Shown here piece after piece: positions 61,966 through 64,000 of a DNA stretch of 64,000 nucleotides. The DNA comes from an uncultured delta proteobacterium (GTDB lineage Bacteria; Desulfobacterota; Binatia; HRBIN30; BPIQ01): positions 96,001-160,000 of the forward strand of contig CAVXGR010000015.1 in assembly GCA_963761335.1 (NCBI GenBank), read 5' to 3'. Below the pieces are notes generated by a model, which searched no databases, had not been told where the DNA came from, and saw only the letters and a list, made by a program, of their open reading frames with translations. The number at the start of each line of letters is the position of its first letter. The first letter of the stretch is position 1. A program made the translations under genes and the position numbers.

Positions 61966-62563
61966 GTCGCCTGTGCGCACCGCCGTCGAGGCGCTGCGTC
62001 GCGGCGATGCGGTGGTCTATCCGACCGAGACCTTCTACGGGCTGGGTGTCGACGCCACCTGCCCGCCGGCGCTCGAACGGCTGCGACAGCTCAAGCTGCG
62101 CGCCGCCGGCAAGCCGATCTCCGTTCTCGTCGCCGATCGGCGCATGCTCGGTGCGGTCGCTACCGCGGTGCCGCCCGAGGCGGAACGCCTGATGGATCGC
62201 TTCTGGCCCGGACCGCTGACGCTGGTTCTGCCGGCGCGTCCCGACCTGTCGCCGCTGCTCACCGCCGGCACCGGTACCATCGGCGTGCGCTGCTCCAGTC
62301 ATCCGCTTGCCCAGGCGCTCGTCTCCGCATTCGGCGGGCCGGTGACCACGCCGAGCGCCAACCCGGCGGCGGCCGAGCCGCCGGTGACGGTAGCGGAGGC
62401 GCGTGGCTACTTCGCCGATGACGTCGCCGTATACGTCGATGGTGGCGAGCTGCCGGGAGGCCTGGGCTCGACGGTGTTGGCGCTGCACCCGCAGCCGCGA
62501 ATCCTGCGCGCCGGAGTGCTGCCGGAAGCGGACATCTTTCGGGTCCTGGAGGAGAGGCGCTGA
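61931..62563 (+). CDS. tsaC: L-threonylcarbamoyladenylate synthase (YrdC/Sua5 domain)
   Basis: [28 protein letters not shown]; start approximate. Confidence 0.92.
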   Translation: MLGSSSSDADAESPVRTAVEALRRGDAVVYPTETFYGLGVDATCPPALERLRQLKLRAAGKPISVLVADRRMLGAVATAVPPEAERLMDRFWPGPLTLVLPARPDLSPLLTAGTGTIGVRCSSHPLAQALVSAFGGPVTTPSANPAAAEPPVTVAEARGYFADDVAVYVDGGELPGGLGSTVLALHPQPRILRAGVLPEADIFRVLEERR

Positions 62564-63843
62564 TGGCCGAGATTCGTCCCTTTCGCGCTCTGCACTACGA
62601 GCCGGATGTTGTCGGAGATTTCGCCGGCGTGGTGGCGCCGCCGTACGACGTCATCGATGACGTGCAGCGCGATGCCCTGTACGCCCGCAGCCCCTACAAC
62701 GTCGTGCGCCTTATCCTCGGCCGCGAAGCCGATCGCTACGCGGCCGCGGCGCACTGCCTCGCCGAGTGGCGCGCCGCCGGCGCCCTGGTGCGCGACGGCG
62801 AGCCTGCCCTCTACGTCTATGTGCAGGACTTTCGCCTCCCCGACGGCGACCTGCGGCAGCGCGGCGGCATCATCGGCGCGGTGCGCCTGGAGCCGTTCTC
62901 GACCGGCCGCATCCGTCCCCACGAGCGCACTCTCTCCGGACCCAAGGCCGATCGCATGCGCCTGATGGAGGCCTGCCGCGTCAACCTGAGCCCCATCTTC
63001 GGCCTCTATGCCGGCCGCTCCGCGGCCGTCGAAAAAGCCCGTGAGGAGTGCGACCGCACGCCGCCCCTGGTGGACATCCGCGACGGCGAGGAGGTGCGGC
63101 ACCGACTGTGGAGGATATCGCCGGCCGACGCGACGGCGATCGCCGCGGAGCTCGAGCCGCAGACGATCTTCATCGCCGACGGCCATCACCGCTACGAGAC
63201 AGCGCTGGAGTATCGCAACCGGCAGGCGGAGCGGCGGCAGCTGTCGAGCGACGATCCGGCGAACTTCATCATGATGTTCCTCTGCAGCATGGCCGACCCG
63301 GGGCTGGTGGTTCTGCCGACGCACCGCGTCCTCGTCGGTCTCGCGGCTTTTCGCCCCTCCGATTTTGTCGCCTCGTTGCACCCTGACTTTCAGGTGCGCG
63401 CGCTCGCCGACACGGAGCTGTTGGCGGCGCTTCACGCCGCGGAGCCACCCGGGCATCTCGGCATCGTGGCGCGCGGCGCCGGCGCCGCCTGGCTCGCCTC
63501 TCTGTCGAGCCCCGCCGTGCTCGACCGCGACGTCGCCGATCTCGTCCCCGCGGTACGCCACCTCGACGTGACGCTGCTGGATCGGCTGGTTCTGCAGAAG
63601 CGGCTCGGCGTCGACGCCGCCGCCGCCGCGCACGACGGGCGCCTGCGCTACGTTAAGGACGAGAACGAGGCCGTGGCGATGGTGCGCCACGGCGAGGCCG
63701 ACGCCGCCTTTCTCCTCAAGGCAACCCGCATCGACGAGGTGGAAGCCGTGTGCCTCTCCGGCGAGACCATGCCGGAGAAGTCGACGTATTTTTACCCGAA
63801 GCTGATCAGCGGGCTGTTGTTCAATCCGCTGGAGGACGAGTAG
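62563..63843 (+). CDS. DUF1015 family protein
   Basis: IRPFRAL, APPYDVI, PHERT, IADGHHRY, MPEKSTYFYPKL. Confidence 0.92.
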   Translation: MAEIRPFRALHYEPDVVGDFAGVVAPPYDVIDDVQRDALYARSPYNVVRLILGREADRYAAAAHCLAEWRAAGALVRDGEPALYVYVQDFRLPDGDLRQRGGIIGAVRLEPFSTGRIRPHERTLSGPKADRMRLMEACRVNLSPIFGLYAGRSAAVEKAREECDRTPPLVDIRDGEEVRHRLWRISPADATAIAAELEPQTIFIADGHHRYETALEYRNRQAERRQLSSDDPANFIMMFLCSMADPGLVVLPTHRVLVGLAAFRPSDFVASLHPDFQVRALADTELLAALHAAEPPGHLGIVARGAGAAWLASLSSPAVLDRDVADLVPAVRHLDVTLLDRLVLQKRLGVDAAAAAHDGRLRYVKDENEAVAMVRHGEADAAFLLKATRIDEVEAVCLSGETMPEKSTYFYPKLISGLLFNPLEDE

Positions 63844-63862
63844 CGGCCGCCGCGACGGTTAT

Positions 63863-63904
63863 CCGGTTCTCCATCCCCGGTCACCGGTTCTCCATTCTCC
63901 ATTT
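63863..63904. repeat. Degenerate 7-mer tandem array
   Basis: ccggttc tccatcc ccggtca ccggttc tccattc tccattt. Confidence 0.65.
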
Positions 63905-64000
63905 CTTTTCCCAAGGAGTGCGAGGTCCCCGCCGACGGCTGGGGCTCACGCAACGGCGCTACGGCGCAACGCATGATCGCAGACCGCGTCGCCACCGGAA

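Overview
High-GC bacterial chromosome segment. Gene content and order (dprA-topA-trmFO, purH-purD-purE-tsaC) suggest a deltaproteobacteria-like lineage such as Ca. Binatota; this is inference only. Most of the window is housekeeping or ordinary metabolism: aroD, asnS, family-5 UDG, dprA, topA, trmFO, ilvE, purB, selD, rpoD-type sigma factor, thiSGE, purHDE, tsaC. Two accessory loci stand out. (1) At 23.2-31.7 kb, between ilvE and purB, six paralogous ~400-aa secreted Cys-rich proteins of a family I cannot name are arranged as three A-then-B pairs. Each pair has its own near-consensus sigma70 promoter and each gene a strong RBS. A seventh, minimal paralogue with a Thr/Pro stalk lies at 54.5-55.7 kb. 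All seven keep five invariant Cys, an odd total Cys count in the mature chain and a Dx[DN]GD-like loop, which suggests a heteromeric surface polymer (S-layer, fibre or sheath). (2) At 7.2-14.3 kb an MMPL/RND exporter, an atypical ketosynthase, an ACP, a FeeM/LuxI-like acyltransferase and a multi-TM GAF histidine kinase form a candidate acyl-amide signal make/export/sense module. Smaller oddities: a LexA/UmuD-type peptidase with no DNA-binding domain, an orphan MdcD-MdcE-like fusion behind an MmgE/PrpD gene, a beta-helix gene with an in-frame TGA at codon 5, an unlisted 53-aa ORF after rpoD, and several 7/8-mer intergenic repeat arrays. I saw no rRNA, tRNA, CRISPR array or transposase. All calls are by motif recognition; no database searches were run.
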